A stretch of DNA of 64,000 bases from the human T2T-CHM13v2.0 reference genome, Homo sapiens. Both the position numbers and the translations under genes were made by a program. The stretch lies in assembly GCF_009914755.1 (NCBI RefSeq), contig NC_060935.1. One strand, 5' to 3'. Positions 17,682 through 33,808 of this stretch are shown here, piece after piece. Below the pieces are notes generated by a model. It made no database searches and was not told where the DNA came from. It worked only from the letters and a program-made list of their open reading frames with translations. Every line of letters starts with the position of its first letter. The stretch's first letter is position 1.

Positions 17682-18221
17682 ACAATGAGATCACATGGAC
17701 ACAGGAAGGGGAATATCACACTCTGGGGACTGTTGTGGGGTGGGGGGAGGGGGAGGGATAGCATTGGGAGATATACCTAATGCTAGATGACAAGTTACTG
17801 GGTGCAGTGCACCAGCATGGCACATGTATACATATGTAACTAACCTGCACATTGTGCACATGTACCCTAAAACTTAAAGTATAATTAAATAAAAACAAAA
17901 AACAAACAAACAAAAAAGAATTGTACCTTTAATCTCTGTATCCCACACAAGGAGGGCAAGTCTTAAAAAGAGTAGGTGCTGAATAAACTTAAAAACATTT
18001 CATTTAAAATCACTACTAAAGCCCCAATTGAATTTGTACATCTCACCATCTAGCCTGGGCTATGGGCCTTACTACTAGTTAGTGGCAAATGTGACTTACA
18101 TTATCTCCTGAATTGGAAATAAAAAGAATCAGATCTTTAAAGTTAATTTTGCAAACTTGATGTTAAGAGAAACAAAGGACATAATATGCAAACACATTTT
18201 CTAAATAAGTTCAACCCATTG

Positions 18222-18524
<303 letters not shown>

Positions 18525-18577
18525 CTAGAATTCATATAAAAATACCTAAATCTCCAGAATCTGTAAGAAAATGAAAG

Positions 18578-19032
18578 TATGATGGTAAATTGTATGTGTC
18601 AGCTTGAACTGGTCTCTGTAAAGTAGGCTTCCCTCCCCAATATGGGATGTGCATTATCCAACCCATTTAAGGCCTGCATAGAACAAAGGGCAGATGATAG
18701 AGGAGTGTGACCCTTTCTGTCCTGTCTCACTGCTTAACTAGTATATCTCATCTTATCTTCACCTACACTTGAATTAGGGTTTACACCATTGGCTGCCCTG
18801 CTTCCCAGGCCTTCAGACTCAGATTGAATTACACCTCTGGCTTTCCTAAGTGTCCAGCTTGCAGATTGCAGATCATGATATTTTTTGCCTCCACAATTTT
18901 GTGAGCCAATTCTTCATAATAAAATTAGTCTCTTTGTCTCTCTCCTCTCTACTATTCTATTACTCTCTCTGTCACTTTGTTTCTCTATCTATGTTGGTGG
19001 TTCTGTTTCTCTGCAGGATGATGACTAATACA
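18578..19032 (+). mobile_element. MLT2-type ERVL LTR
   Basis: tgatggtaaattgtatgtgtcagcttga...ccagcttgcagattgcagatcatg...gtgagccaattcttcataataaa...tgactaataca. Confidence 0.8.
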
Positions 19033-20465
19033 GTAAGAAAAAATTACATAAATATATGATAAAATAAATTTGTTAAAAATCGATATGCATTAAAAATTAA
19101 AAGCAAATAATAATAAAAGTAAATAGCAATTTTCTTATTTTTAATAATTTATTTCAAATGTACACATCAGCATAATTTTCATGATTTTAAATTCTGTAAG
19201 CATTAGGTTAAAAGTCAGAAGCAAGCCAAGAACAGATTATTGTTGTTACTTAACATTCTTCTGGATATTTTAATCCAACACATTTAGAAATTAGAGGTAT
19301 AAAAATGGTAAACATTGCCATTATTCTCTGAAACTTATTATTTATTTAGAAAAAACTTATAAGTAAAATTTTCCTAAGATATCTAGGGACAAAATAAACA
19401 CTCATTATTCAATGGTTTTTATACAAAAAGAATACAACTAGTTCTGTGATGCTAATATTCATGAGAACAAAGTATGAAAATAGCCAGAAATGTTTAATAG
19501 AATAAAGGTATACTGAGAAGGCACTAACTTTAGGTAGATTTTCAAACATATTAGTAAACCAAAAAATTAAAACAATGTGACACTGGTGCATGAATTCTTA
19601 GACAGAGCAGATAGTGAAACAGGATAGTGTACTCATCTATATCTGTCTTTCTCTACATCTTTGTATCAATCCTGAATGCTAAAGGTGAGATTCACTTGCA
19701 TCTGAAGCAGCAGGAAAAATTTGGAGCTTCAAGAATAAATGAAGATATAACTTAGAGAAGCTGCACCCAGTGTCACAAATGATTCTGTGGAGGAGCTCTT
19801 TCAGATTAAATCAGTAACTTTTTATTTTGTATTTTCATTTTTTTTTGAAATAAGCAAGAAAAGTCTAATTGAGAACTGAGTCAGATATACATGTAGAAAT
19901 ATTACTCCCTACTCCCAGGCATGGGAATGGCCAACTCCTTACTTCAGGGAGGGGAGGAGAGAGATATCAAGAGTGGGACAATTCTCTTAAGACACCTACC
20001 CCACCTTTCATCAAATATCCCCGACCTTAGATTTGGTGCAGGAGTCCTGAAAAACATTTCCAAAGGGAAGTTTGGGTCCCAGGCTTATGGGTATCCCCCT
20101 ACCACCTTTGGCAGGACAAAAATGAGTAAAGCAAAGCTTCTTGCTTCAGAAATATTCAGTCTAATACAGTGTGTACCCCACAACGTAATCATCTCTTCAT
20201 TTCAGAAGTCTTAATTGCATAAAGTTCCTCGGGAAAGGGATGATATTTGTTTGTTTGTTTTTTTAAGGATAAGGCCAGTAGTGGCTCAAACTTATATTTA
20301 TTCTTCCCAAAGAGTTCCTCCCAGGTTCATAATCTTGATGTAGGAGAGTGCTGCACCAAGTTGCTTCTTTCTTCCCAACCTGTCCTACTTTGCGGGAGGA
20401 AGGAAGAAAAGAAAACAAACAAACAAAAAAAAAAAAACAAGGAAGCTGCACTAGAGCCACTGCCC

Positions 20466-21647
20466 TCAGACATCAACTTCTATTTCTTCTCCACTGCTGC
20501 AGTCTGAAGAGTTACTGCTTTCTTCCTTTTCTCTATCTTTCTTCCTGTTCTCTTCTGGTTCCATGGAGACATGACAGTTTACCCAAATAGTCTGTGATGA
20601 ATCTGTTCCTGCAGCCTGGAGCCCTTGCCCCTCCCCAAACCCTTCTTGCAGACCCTTTGCTGATGAGGACTGTGGATCTGCTTGTTTCAACCTGGGGTCC
20701 GGGCCTCCTGTCATGGCCATATTCTTACCCTTAGCATAGGTCGATTCTTTGTATGCAGCATAATTTTCAGGTGACAAAGTCTTGAGCCAGAGATCCAATT
20801 TCACCTTGTATTGCTTCTGCAGTTCCTCAGCCTGGCTCTTAAAATGATCCTTCTGGCTCTGCGGGATGCGCTGCCAGCGTCTGCCAATCTCTACCATGCG
20901 CTCCCTCACTGACAAATGTTGCAGCTCTTTACTTGACCAGGAATCTTGGTGAAACTTGTGGTATCCATTCATGGGGGGTTTCTGAGGCTCTCCATGAAAT
21001 TTTACCTTCTTGAAAAATCGATCCGTTTTTGGAAGAGACCTCACTTCTTCAATATTTTTCTGAAACTTCTTTTGCACTTTGTTTTGAGTCCTCTTGGAGA
21101 CACTAGATTTCTTGGCCTTCTGGACTAAATCAGGGTGTTCTTCCCTGAATCGAGCAAGTTTTTCCTCAAATTCTTGCTTTTCCTTCTGGAAATCCTGAAT
21201 ATATTTCTGTTTCATCTGCTCTGGGAGTTCCCTGTATTTCTTTGACAGGATTTTGGTCAGTTCCTGGCTTCTCATCCCAGGGTACATTTGGGAGTACTGG
21301 GGCCAACTCTCCTTGAAGAAGCGATTATAAGCAGTAAGGGGCCTTTTTGGAAAGTCTGGACAGTTCCTGTATTTTTGGCTTTTGTTCATCTTTTTAACAC
21401 ATTTCTTAGCTTCCAGGACTAATTCTTTCAAAGTGCCGAATTTTCTCAAGTTGCAAGAAATCTCTAACCATTTGAGTCTGCACATTTCACCAGAAAAGTT
21501 TTTAAAAGCTACTTTTCCCCAGTCCATGTATGACTGAGTTGAGCTAAACGTGCTGTTGTCATCAGATGGGCGATTATTCTCCATGCATTCCAGTAACCTC
21601 AAGATGTCTTTGTTGGACCAATGGCCTTGGCTTCTAGGCAAAGCCAT
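20466..21647 (-). CDS. UBTFL2: UBTFL1-family (HMGPI-like) HMG-box protein, 393 aa, intronless ORF; probably the UBTFL2 copy from context
   Basis: [22 protein letters not shown]...; UBF-like N-terminal region; two HMG boxes ([29 protein letters not shown]); acidic/Ser tail; uninterrupted ATG-to-TGA. Differs at about four residues from UBTFL1 as I recall it, so the paralog label is inference. Confidence 0.9.
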   Translation of the reverse strand: MALPRSQGHWSNKDILRLLECMENNRPSDDNSTFSSTQSYMDWGKVAFKNFSGEMCRLKWLEISCNLRKFGTLKELVLEAKKCVKKMNKSQKYRNCPDFPKRPLTAYNRFFKESWPQYSQMYPGMRSQELTKILSKKYRELPEQMKQKYIQDFQKEKQEFEEKLARFREEHPDLVQKAKKSSVSKRTQNKVQKKFQKNIEEVRSLPKTDRFFKKVKFHGEPQKPPMNGYHKFHQDSWSSKELQHLSVRERMVEIGRRWQRIPQSQKDHFKSQAEELQKQYKVKLDLWLKTLSPENYAAYKESTYAKGKNMAMTGGPDPRLKQADPQSSSAKGLQEGFGEGQGLQAAGTDSSQTIWVNCHVSMEPEENRKKDREKEESSNSSDCSSGEEIEVDV

Positions 21648-22369
21648 TTAGATGTCTTTGGCTTACTTATAAGATCCCGGTTATGTAGACACCAGAGCAA
21701 GAACACAGAGTTCTTTACTTTTAAGACTCAGTGGATGATTTATTTCTGGAAGTATTGCAGTATATGTGATTCTGTATTTCTGAGGAGAAAGAAAGTTACT
21801 CTCCTTCATTTGGATTAATGAAGCAAATTACATCCTATTTGTCATATGTCCCTTGTATAATTCATTTGACCCTTAACTATAAATAAACATTGCCTGTTTC
21901 TGAATTAAATGTATGTTTGCCTTTCATATGCTACATGCACAATATTCAGTATCTCCACACCCCACCCCAGCCTGCTTTCTGCCAGATCTCACATGAACCT
22001 ATCTTAAATTGAGTTGCATAACACAAACACCAGACCGCTCATCACTTAAGAAGCTTAATATAACAGATATGCCCTGAAGACAGAGTCAGAAGTTAAAGTG
22101 GAAGGAGAAATGCCTAAACAGGAAAGACTGTTCATTCTACAGTGCCCTGAGTATGGCCATTATCTAAGCACAGCCCAAATAGCCATAGCTAAAGGTGCAG
22201 ATGAGAAGTTAAAGATACAATAGGACAAGCCCAAGAGCTCCTCCAGACATGCATCCAACTGTTACCTTTTTATAAGGGAATGTGAACCTGTGATAAAAGA
22301 CTGAATTATAGATTCTCCAGGACCAGTGCATGGGAATTAATGCTTTCTTGCTTTCTTTCTTTTATTTCT

Positions 22370-22678
22370 TTTTTTTTTTTTTTTTAATTGAGACAGAGTT
22401 TCACTCTTGTCGCCCGGGTTAGAGTGCAGTGGGGCAATCTGGGCTCACTGCAACCTCTGTTTTTCGGCTTCAAGTGATTCTCCTGCCTCAGCCTCCCAAG
22501 CAGCTGAGATTACAGGCATGTGCCACCACGACTGGCTAATTTTTCTGTATTTTTTAGTAGAGATGGGGTTTCACCATGTTGGCCAGGCTGGTCTCGAATT
22601 CCCAACCTCAGGTGATCCGCCTGCCTCGGCTTCCCAGAGCGCTAGGATTACAGGCGTGAGCCACCACTCCTGGGCCGG
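22370..22678 (-). mobile_element. AluS element
   Basis: Full reverse Alu with T tail. Confidence 0.93.
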
Positions 22679-23064
22679 GAATGAATGCTTTCTAAGAACC
22701 ATACTGCTTCTCCTTTTAAATATCAAGGATTTAATGACAATTATAAAACATTTCAACTTTATTTGGTTAATTGTTCATCATATTTAAGCCTCAGTGAAAG
22801 TTTGGCTTCCTCCAGAAACTCCCTCCAGAATACCTACCATTTTCCATTACAGAACTTGAAAATGTGGCAGATCTGATGACTACTCCTTTTTTTTTTTTTT
22901 TTTTAGCAATTTTGTCTTGCCTGAAGTAATTCTTCTGGTACGTGATTTCTGGATTCACTCTTGAAATTCTCATAACTCTTTCACTAGTCTTTTTAGGATA
23001 ATCTTCTATTCTAAGACTAAGCCTCACATAAATAAAATTGTGTACAAATACATACAACATTAAA

Positions 23065-23655
23065 TAAAACCGAATCTTAAATGGAGGGTGAATAAGGAGT
23101 GTAACAATGGGCCTTGAGGGGGAAAATGTGCATTAGAAGGGAAAGAGAACAGAGTTAAGATACTGGTGGAAGTTGAAATTCTGAGAATGAGTTCTGAATA
23201 TCTGAGAATAATATTTTTGAGAACTATTTTTAATTCTCAGTAGAGTATAGAAGGATGTAGCCTTTGAATGACATTAAAAATTCACTAGAAGTGTAAAGAA
23301 TAATAGTCATAATATCACGTAAGTCACAAATGTCTCAAAACATAGATTAAAATGTTCTGAAATATTGGAATATAATTAAAGTCCATATTTGAGACAGAAG
23401 AGAAAATAAATAATAGCTTATATATTATATTAAATTTATTATGTGAAAAAGACTTTTGGGAAGTTGTTCCATAATAAATGAAGATATAAATAACTATAAT
23501 TAAAATTTACAAAAAAAAGCATTAAAATAAACTGTGAAAAACTTAAAAGAATGTAAAATTTAAAGTTATTAAATTTTTCATCTCAAAAATCATAAAAAAG
23601 TCATTTCATCAATGTCCTTTGAAAATTAAAATAAAACAAACTTAGTAATGTAACA
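23065..23655 (+). repeat. AT-rich segment duplicated in direct orientation at ~52935-53490
   Basis: Long shared words, e.g. cctttgaatgacattaaaaattcactagaag, atgtgaaaaagactttt, gaaaattaaaataaaa. Confidence 0.85.
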
Positions 23656-24044
23656 AATAAAAAGAGTAATTAAGAAAAAAGTAACTTTCACAAATGAAAG
23701 TTAAAAAAAAGAAAAAATAATGGATTCCATACTTTGTGTTTAAGATCAGAACATAGTCTCAAATGGTTCAGAAATAAAAAATGTCAGACTCCCAAATATA
23801 TTGTGGTGATTATAAATAATAAAAATAAATAAATACAAGATGTATTCTAACTCAGAAAAAAGGGAAAAAACATAGAATTGACATTAGAAAAGAGGTGTGA
23901 AATATTCAGAATCTGAATTTAGGAAAAAAGAAGTACCATCTTCCCAATTGTAAAAGTTAGGGTGATGTGCGTAAAGCAGTGGAAATAAAAATACAGTTGT
24001 GTTTTTGTTGTTATGGGGCTGTTTTCTGAGCCAGGCATTTTTTT

Positions 24045-24505
24045 CAAATTGCCAGTTAAAGAGTGGCCCCCCGAAATATATGTCTAAGTCCTAACCACTG
24101 AAACCTGTGAATATGGACTTTTGAAAATAGGATCTTTGCAGATGTAACTACCTTGGTAATCTCCCAACAAGATTAGTCTGGGTTTAGGGTGGGACCTAAG
24201 TCCAATGACTGGTATCCTTAGAGAAAAAATAAAAGGAAGATCTGAGACACATAGACAGCCACGTGGAGACAGAGGCAGAGACAGAGCTCACTAGAGCTAT
24301 GCTGCCACAAGCCAATGAAAGCCAAGGATTCCCATCACCCACCAGAAGCTAGCAGAGAGGCAGGAGGTGGATTTCCCCTCAGAATTTCCAAAGGGAACCA
24401 CTCTATCAACATGTTGATTTTAAATGTTAGGCATTCAGAAATGTGAGAGAGCAAATTATTGTTTTATCTGTGATAGTTTATTACAGCAGCCCCAGGAACC
24501 TAATA
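24045..24505 (+). mobile_element. MLT1 (MLT1B/C-like) MaLR LTR
   Basis: ggccccc..aaatatatgtctaagtcctaacc...tttgcagatgtaa...gccacaagcc...ttacagcagccccaggaacctaata. Confidence 0.82.
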
Positions 24506-24605
24506 TGCAAATGTTTTACATTTATTATTAATATCTTATTTTTCTCCTTAAAACTCTGTGAGCTCATTTTATGCTTGCTGTTCCGTTACATATATGATGA
24601 AACTG

Positions 24606-24745
24606 TGACCAGGCATGGTGACTCATGCCTGTAATCCCAGCACTTTTGGAGCCTAAGATCCAAAAGGAGGGTCGTTTGAACTCAGGAGTTTGAGACAAGC
24701 CTGGGCAACAAAGTGAGAGACCCCTGTCAAAAAAAAAACAAAAAA
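24606..24745 (+). mobile_element. FLAM/Alu left monomer
   Basis: gaccaggcatggtgactcatgcctgtaatcccagcac...ctgggcaacaaagtgagagacccctgtc plus A tail. Confidence 0.85.
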
Positions 24746-24749
24746 CAAA

Positions 24750-24807
24750 AACAAGAAAGAAAGACAGAAAGAAAGAAAAATAAAGAAAGAAAGAAAAAGA
24801 ATGAAAG

Positions 24808-24866
<59 letters not shown>

Positions 24867-24910
24867 AAAAGAAAGGAAGGAAGGAAGGAAGGAAGGAAGG
24901 AAGGAAGGAA

Positions 24911-24980
<70 letters not shown>

Positions 24981-24987
24981 AAAGAAA
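24750..24987. repeat. (GAAA)n(GGAA)n(GAAA)n compound tetranucleotide microsatellite
   Basis: Directly visible; grown from the FLAM tail. Confidence 0.97.
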
Positions 24988-25012
24988 CTGGGAAAACTAA
25001 GAATTTATATAG

Positions 25013-25302
25013 GGCCAGGCACAGTGGCTCATGCCTGTAATTTGAACATTTTTGGAGGCTGAAGCAGGAAGATTGCTTGAGTTCAGGAGTTCCAGACCAG
25101 CCTGGGCAACATGGAGAGACCCCATGTCTACAAAAACAAAAATTTAGCCAGGCCCACACTTGTAGTGCCTGTAGTCCCAACTACTCTGGAGGCTGAGGTG
25201 AGAGGATGGCTTGAGCACAGGAGGTCAAGACTTCAGTGAGCCTTGATTGTATCACTGCACTTCAGACTAGGCAACAGAGTGAGACTCTCTGTCTCAAAAA
25301 AA
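25013..25302 (+). mobile_element. AluJ element
   Basis: Dimeric Alu with J diagnostics (ggaggtcaagact). Confidence 0.9.
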
Positions 25303-25538
25303 TTGACCTTGTCAATGTTGTGTGATTTTCCCTTTTCTGTGTCATAATCCATCTAATTTTTATTTTTCATTTTTTATCACAATCACTTACGAAATACTTA
25401 GAAGTTTAAGACATTTTATTCCTGAACCATTTGAGAGTAAGTTTTGATCTTAAACAAAATGTATGAACTCCTGTGACTTTATGAAGCTGTATGAATTGTT
25501 AATTTTTTAAATTTTTGTAACATAAAAGATAAATATTT

Positions 25539-25903
<365 letters not shown>

Positions 25904-26254
25904 CTATATTAAATATAATAAAAATATCAAAAAATAACAAGAGGCTTTAAAAAGAGGATTCAAACAACAACATAGATTTGTAAAATAAAAATACCATTAC
26001 AGAAATAAAAACTTCAGTGGAATATTAGGAAAATAAAAAAGTGCCTTTGAGCACTTAAAAACTTTGCAGACGACCAAGGCTGCATTCAACCTGAAGTTAA
26101 AGACAACATGGAACTTTTCATATTCTACAATAAAGGTTTCCAATTAAATTCTAGATATCATGCTATAGATAAAACTGTATAATATCTAGGACTTTCCCTC
26201 CAGAAGTTCACAATTTGTATAAACAAGGAACAAAAAATTAAAGGAAATACTCAC

Positions 26255-26521
26255 CTGAATATTCTATAACTGGTCTGAACAGTGCTTGCAGGAAAGTTCA
26301 TGCATTTGGCTCAGGAGTTCTGTGTCCTCTGGGCTTTCTGGACAACAGATGTTATTTTCTGAGGTTTCCACAGTCTAGCAAATTCCAAATGCCTCTAAAA
26401 TAATTAGACTTGCTTTTTGGATGCCAGTGTGTTATAGGATCCTTAAAGCCCCTCCCTGATTAGATGTCTGCAGTACAAAGTATCAATAAAAGGATTTACC
26501 TTTCAACCGTTGATTAAATTA
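26255..26521 (-). promoter_or_regulatory. Candidate UBTFL promoter and non-coding first exon (DUX4 motif, TATA, splice donor)
   Basis: Minus strand: TAATTTAATCA at 26511-26521; partial ACATCTAATCA at 26457-26467; TATAA at 26432-26436; donor CAG|GTGAGT with exon end at 26255. Matching acceptor ctttctttctcctcag|AAATAC at 21780-21782. Confidence 0.55.
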
Positions 26522-27809
26522 ATTCCATTTCTAATCTCTGTAAATAACCCTCTACAAACACCCTCTAGTGCTGGTTTATATTGTCATTGATTTTTAAATA
26601 ACACCCAGGTGGAAAATTCATGTCTGATTTTTCTGGGGCAACGAGTCTACTTTCATTTCTGTTCCCACATCTGACAGTATTTTTATATGATATTTGAATA
26701 TACACCATTCCATTCTTTGATAATTTCTGCCCTTTCTTCACTGAAATCTGGGATCTGCTACCATCTCACCTTCCTCCTGGACATGTAATTCCCTTCAGTA
26801 CTGATCAATTCCTACCAGCCTTTAGACTTGGAGATCAAAATGCTAATGATGATGGTGGGTGGTTTTGGAAAAAGAGAAGTAGAAGCTCGGTGTCTGGCAT
26901 CTCTGGCTGATTTAATTTTAAATTTAGGGAAATGAAATAGGTACTGCCTCTCAAAAAAATTCAGATAATTTTGTTTTTGATCAAATTCAAACTAATCAAA
27001 AAGATACCTTTATTTAAATGACAACTTATTTGAACAAATTTTAAAATTTTTATTTTTAATCAATATATAAAAATTGCACATATTTTTATAAGGTACAATA
27101 TAGTATTTTGATACATGTATAAATTGTGCATTGATCAAATTAGGGTTTGACAATATGAGGCTTCATAATTTATAAAACAGGTTTCTGCCTTTCAAACATT
27201 TTATATCTAAAGTTACCAACTAGTAATTAACTGAACGTATCAAATAACAAGATATTATTTGAAAAAGCCTAAATTAATAAAATGTTTAAATACATTTTTA
27301 GCTTTAAAATACAATAAATATAACTTATTTTGAAAAAATTTTTAAAAATTATAGACAAAGATGGATATAGACAAAAACAAGTATAGAAAAATATTAGAAG
27401 GACTAAACTCCTTGGTGATTTTAATGGTAAAAACTTGCTGATATTATTTTTAAAAATTATCATCTTTTTCTTTATATTTTATGGTTGTTAATGAGAGTAA
27501 ACTTCTACTGAAAAAGAAACCTTTACTCCTGTAAGAATATACTCTCAGACATGTATCTCTTATATTACTCACATAAATAATTATTTAGACATTGTAGTTA
27601 CAATTAGTTTTATATGGTGGGGTTTAGGAATATCTATAATAATAAGCCCTGTGGATAATTCTGACACATGCTAGAGTTTGAGGATATAAGCTCAAACTGT
27701 CACCCATGTCGTGACTTTAAACTCATCTTCTACTCTACACCACAACACACACATATATGTGCACAAGCAAATATATGCAAATAAAACATTGTGGTGAAAT
27801 AAAATACCT

Positions 27810-28455
<646 letters not shown>

Positions 28456-29526
28456 TTGAAAGGAATTTTTATTCAATCTCATCCAGATGTTTTTGCTTTA
28501 TTCTGGCGCTAGTCCTAAGAAAATTAAGAAGTCCTAAGAAAACTCTTCCCAACAGGTAAAAGATGCATTAGTTAGTTATTATGGCAATATACCCTGCATG
28601 AGTAATTTTGGTGATAAGCTTCTGTCTCATCATTTCTAGAAAAATATTTTATTTCTGTCATAACTTCTAATGCTTAGTAAAAAGGCTCTTTCTTTGTGTG
28701 TTGATCTTCTTCTTGCAAATTAGGCACTCAGTATTAGCTAGTATTTCATTGTTGAGTACCAGCCCTGTGCCCTGTATACATGAGAATTTTGTTTTCAGGT
28801 CTGCTACTTATCATGGTAGCTGATGGCTGTGGTCTTTCTCTGTTCCTTGCTTCACTTCACTCCACAGTATCTCACACAGGACAAAAAGCAGAACAGATAT
28901 CTTCAGATCCTCTGATGTTAATTAAGGCAACTCTGCTTTTCAAGAAATACAAAATGTGGTTCAAAAGCATCCATCCAGATTGTATACAGAGTCTAGGGAC
29001 CTCTCCAATATGACCTCATGCTTTAGCAGAATCAGTTCAGCTTCTGGATATTTTTACAAACTCAAGTTAGCTGCAACTGCTCCAGTTCTCATAAATTCAC
29101 ATACAAAATCATTCACTTTCTTTGATTTCAACAATAAGAATCACAAAACAATATCTTGCATACAAGTACACCTCACTGAATTGGGTGGGGTTGGTAAATA
29201 AATTAAATTAAATGTGATTATTATCTATTGCTATTCATATCTTTCCCCCTAACCATTTCCAATCTTGGTGCCCATCTCTCATCAGATGGTGCTTGGCCCT
29301 TCTCTGTGCAAATGCCTCTTCTTCTATTTCCACAAAGGCAAAATGCTGCTTCCTGTATGTAGGAATACTATCAACTTGTTGTTACTGTTGTCATTACTTC
29401 ATAGTCACCTACTCAAATGTACAGCTTCAAAACTAAATATGCCAAGGAATTTTACTCAATGAAGACAATTCCATGTGGAATTTTAGTCATGTTTCTTTTT
29501 CCACACCTCAGAAAACTGTGGCTTAG

Positions 29527-29833
<307 letters not shown>

Positions 29834-30153
29834 TAGATAAGTATTTTTGAGGGATTAGATGGTAATACCTGAAATATTTGGCTAGAGATGTTCTTTATAC
29901 TGTTTTTACTTCTATCTCTCTGTTACTTGTATCCTATACTGACAGTCAAGGCTCCTTTCGATGGAAATTATTTTAATCTCTTAGCTGTTGCCTCTTTCTG
30001 CCTATAGAACATCTTGCACACCACTACCTGACCAGTTTTTATAACTCAGCATTCGAGTGAAGCTCCTATCATAGTCTAAACTCTTCCTTATGGTATCCTT
30101 GCTTTTCAATACTAATCTGAGATACTCCTGCTGCTTTTCTTTAGAACAAATAA

Positions 30154-30798
<645 letters not shown>

Positions 30799-31029
30799 TA
30801 ACTACATGGGTAAACACATCTTAGTTTCTTCCTGGTCTCAAGTTCCTCAGTGATACCTTTATGCTATTGCTTTCCCACAATTTCATCACAGAACATGATC
30901 TCTTCTCATTTTGTATACTCTTCCTTTTACAATTTCATCTCATCTCTCTGGTTTGAACTACACACATACTATGTCTCCACATCAGTTTTTAACTTTGAAT
31001 TTTATTTCTGTGAAGAATTTAACTTGTGT

Positions 31030-32520
31030 CCCCCAAAATGCGACAAGGCAAATGGATCAATAACCTCTTCAGGAGGTGAGGAGTCCTAGATTTCTGATAT
31101 AAGTGGCAAGGTTCCCAGTAGTTGCACCTTAATTTTATTTCTCAATTTTAGGAATGTCCCAGATGATAATAATTCTAATAGAAGTTATCAAAACAGAGGA
31201 ATGTAACAAGTTTTTGGTTTAATGGCTAAGAAAATTTACCAAACTAATACGCACTTTCCCCTCTTCCAAAATTAAAGTAATATCTTAAATGTCTACAGTA
31301 GCTAATACCAACTGTATGTACAAGTAAATCTAAGCTAAATATGATTAGCTATAAAATTTTCTTTGAATAAGTGACAAACAAAATTGGTAACAAGGTAATA
31401 TTGAGAGTGTAATAGCTGTTGCTTATGGAAATTTTTAGTGTCAGTAGAGAAAGCTCAGAAACTTTAGGTGGAAATAAAAAGGAGAATTGGGTTGAAAGCC
31501 CAGAAGGCAAAATTCTATAATCTGAGATCAGTTGGAGAGACACAAATCATCAGAAGGTGATAGACTTTTCCTGTTACCTAGGAAAGTGCTGCAAATAAGT
31601 GTGTGGGAGGAGAAGAGAGAAAGTTAACTAAGGAGTGTAGGTAGTACAGACAGAAAGAATAAGGAAGCATTGCTAATAAGCATTTTCATAATTTGTATAA
31701 TCACCTTGAGTTAGTGATCAGTTTAAGAGATTAAAAGACACATAAGATCCTTCTTGCCATATGACCCTTAATTAGCCAGTTGCTGAATGGGGAAACACTG
31801 GACACTTCGACAGTGGTGAAAAGCAGAGTTTACTTATTCCTGAATACCCATTCCCAGTTCTAACTAAAAGCAACTCTTCAGTAAAGGATCACCTGATTTT
31901 CATTGAACACAAGCTCTTGGGCATTTTTTCTGCTGTGCTGTCATTTAATTTTCTTTCTCTTCTAAATCAAAGAAAAAAAGAAAAAGAAAGAAAAGGCCAG
32001 ACACCGGTGGCACATGCCTCTAATCCCAGTGCTTTGGGCAGTTGAGGAGGGTGGGTTGCTTGAGGTCAGGAGTTTGAGACCAAAAAAAGAAAAGACCAGA
32101 CACAGTGGCACATGCCTCTAATCCTAGTGCTTTGGGCAGTTCAGGCGGGAGAGTTGCTTGAGGTCAGGAGTTCGAGACCACCATGGGCAATATAGCGAGA
32201 CCTTGTCTCTAGCAAAAGAAATAAAAATAAAATAAAATAAAGGAAATAAAAATAAACATTTTAGTGTGTATTCAGCACTTCCGGATACATCTTGCAGTTC
32301 AGTGTGCTGTATACCTAAACTTGAAGCAATAGGATGGGAACAGAAGTACTGAGGAAAACACCAGGTCATTTCCTTACATTCAGGTCCTCTTGCTCAGGAT
32401 GTTTTTTCAGCTTTCTCACTGAACAGGAGATGGCAACAGATTGCACTTTCTTGCACGTACAGAGGAAATCCAGTTGATGAAAGTGTCAATCTTCGTTTTG
32501 ATTACCTCCTCAATTTGTAT
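31030..32520 (-). repeat. Diverged inverted paralog of ~51520-52790 (shared TRIM 3' flank)
   Basis: Reverse complement shares aaggaaat.acctggtgtttt, ttcccatcctat, accactgtcga.gtgtccagtgtt, tttagct.agatt, attttggaaga with 51.5-52.8 kb. Confidence 0.75.
31995..32255 (+). mobile_element. FLAM monomer with a tandem partial duplication
   Basis: Two consecutive near-identical units (31995-32082, 32095-32215) of ccagacac.gtggcacatgcctctaatcc.agtgctttgggcagtt. Confidence 0.85.
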
Positions 32521-32566
32521 AAGTAGGTGAGAAAAACATAGCCTCCCATTTATTTAAAATTGGAAT

Positions 32567-33478
<912 letters not shown>

Positions 33479-33658
33479 TAACAATGAGAATTCACAATCC
33501 GTGTGAATGGGAAGCATAAACACATTTTAAAGTAGACAGTCTGCTCATCTGTTTATTTTTCCCTGGATGATGCTGTTTGCTTTATTAAACAGCTACAGAA
33601 TTCAATGTGGGTTAAACCCTTTTGGTTCCTGCTGAGACATTGCTAGCAACTTCTCAGA

Positions 33659-33808
33659 GAAGCAATAGGCTGTACCATTTAGCTTATATCTGTAGATGGA
33701 TATTCTATCTAGGTTTTTATGTGTGTTCTAATGTTCACACAATGATAAAATCGCCTAGTAATGCATTTCTCAGAATGTGTTTTTGTTGCCATAGGATGCA
33801 CGACTGTT
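33659..33808 (+). mobile_element. Tigger3-type DNA transposon end
   Basis: aagcaataggctgtacc...aaatcgcctagtaatgcatttctcagaa...gcacgactgt. Confidence 0.72.

Noticed and set aside
24653-25180. Lys/Glu/Arg-rich and Phe/Leu/Ser-rich ORFs
   Set aside because: They are translations of the GAAA/GGAA microsatellite and flanking Alus.
28780-29200. Possible additional retrocopy
   Set aside because: Looked exon-like, but I could not match any frame to a known protein.
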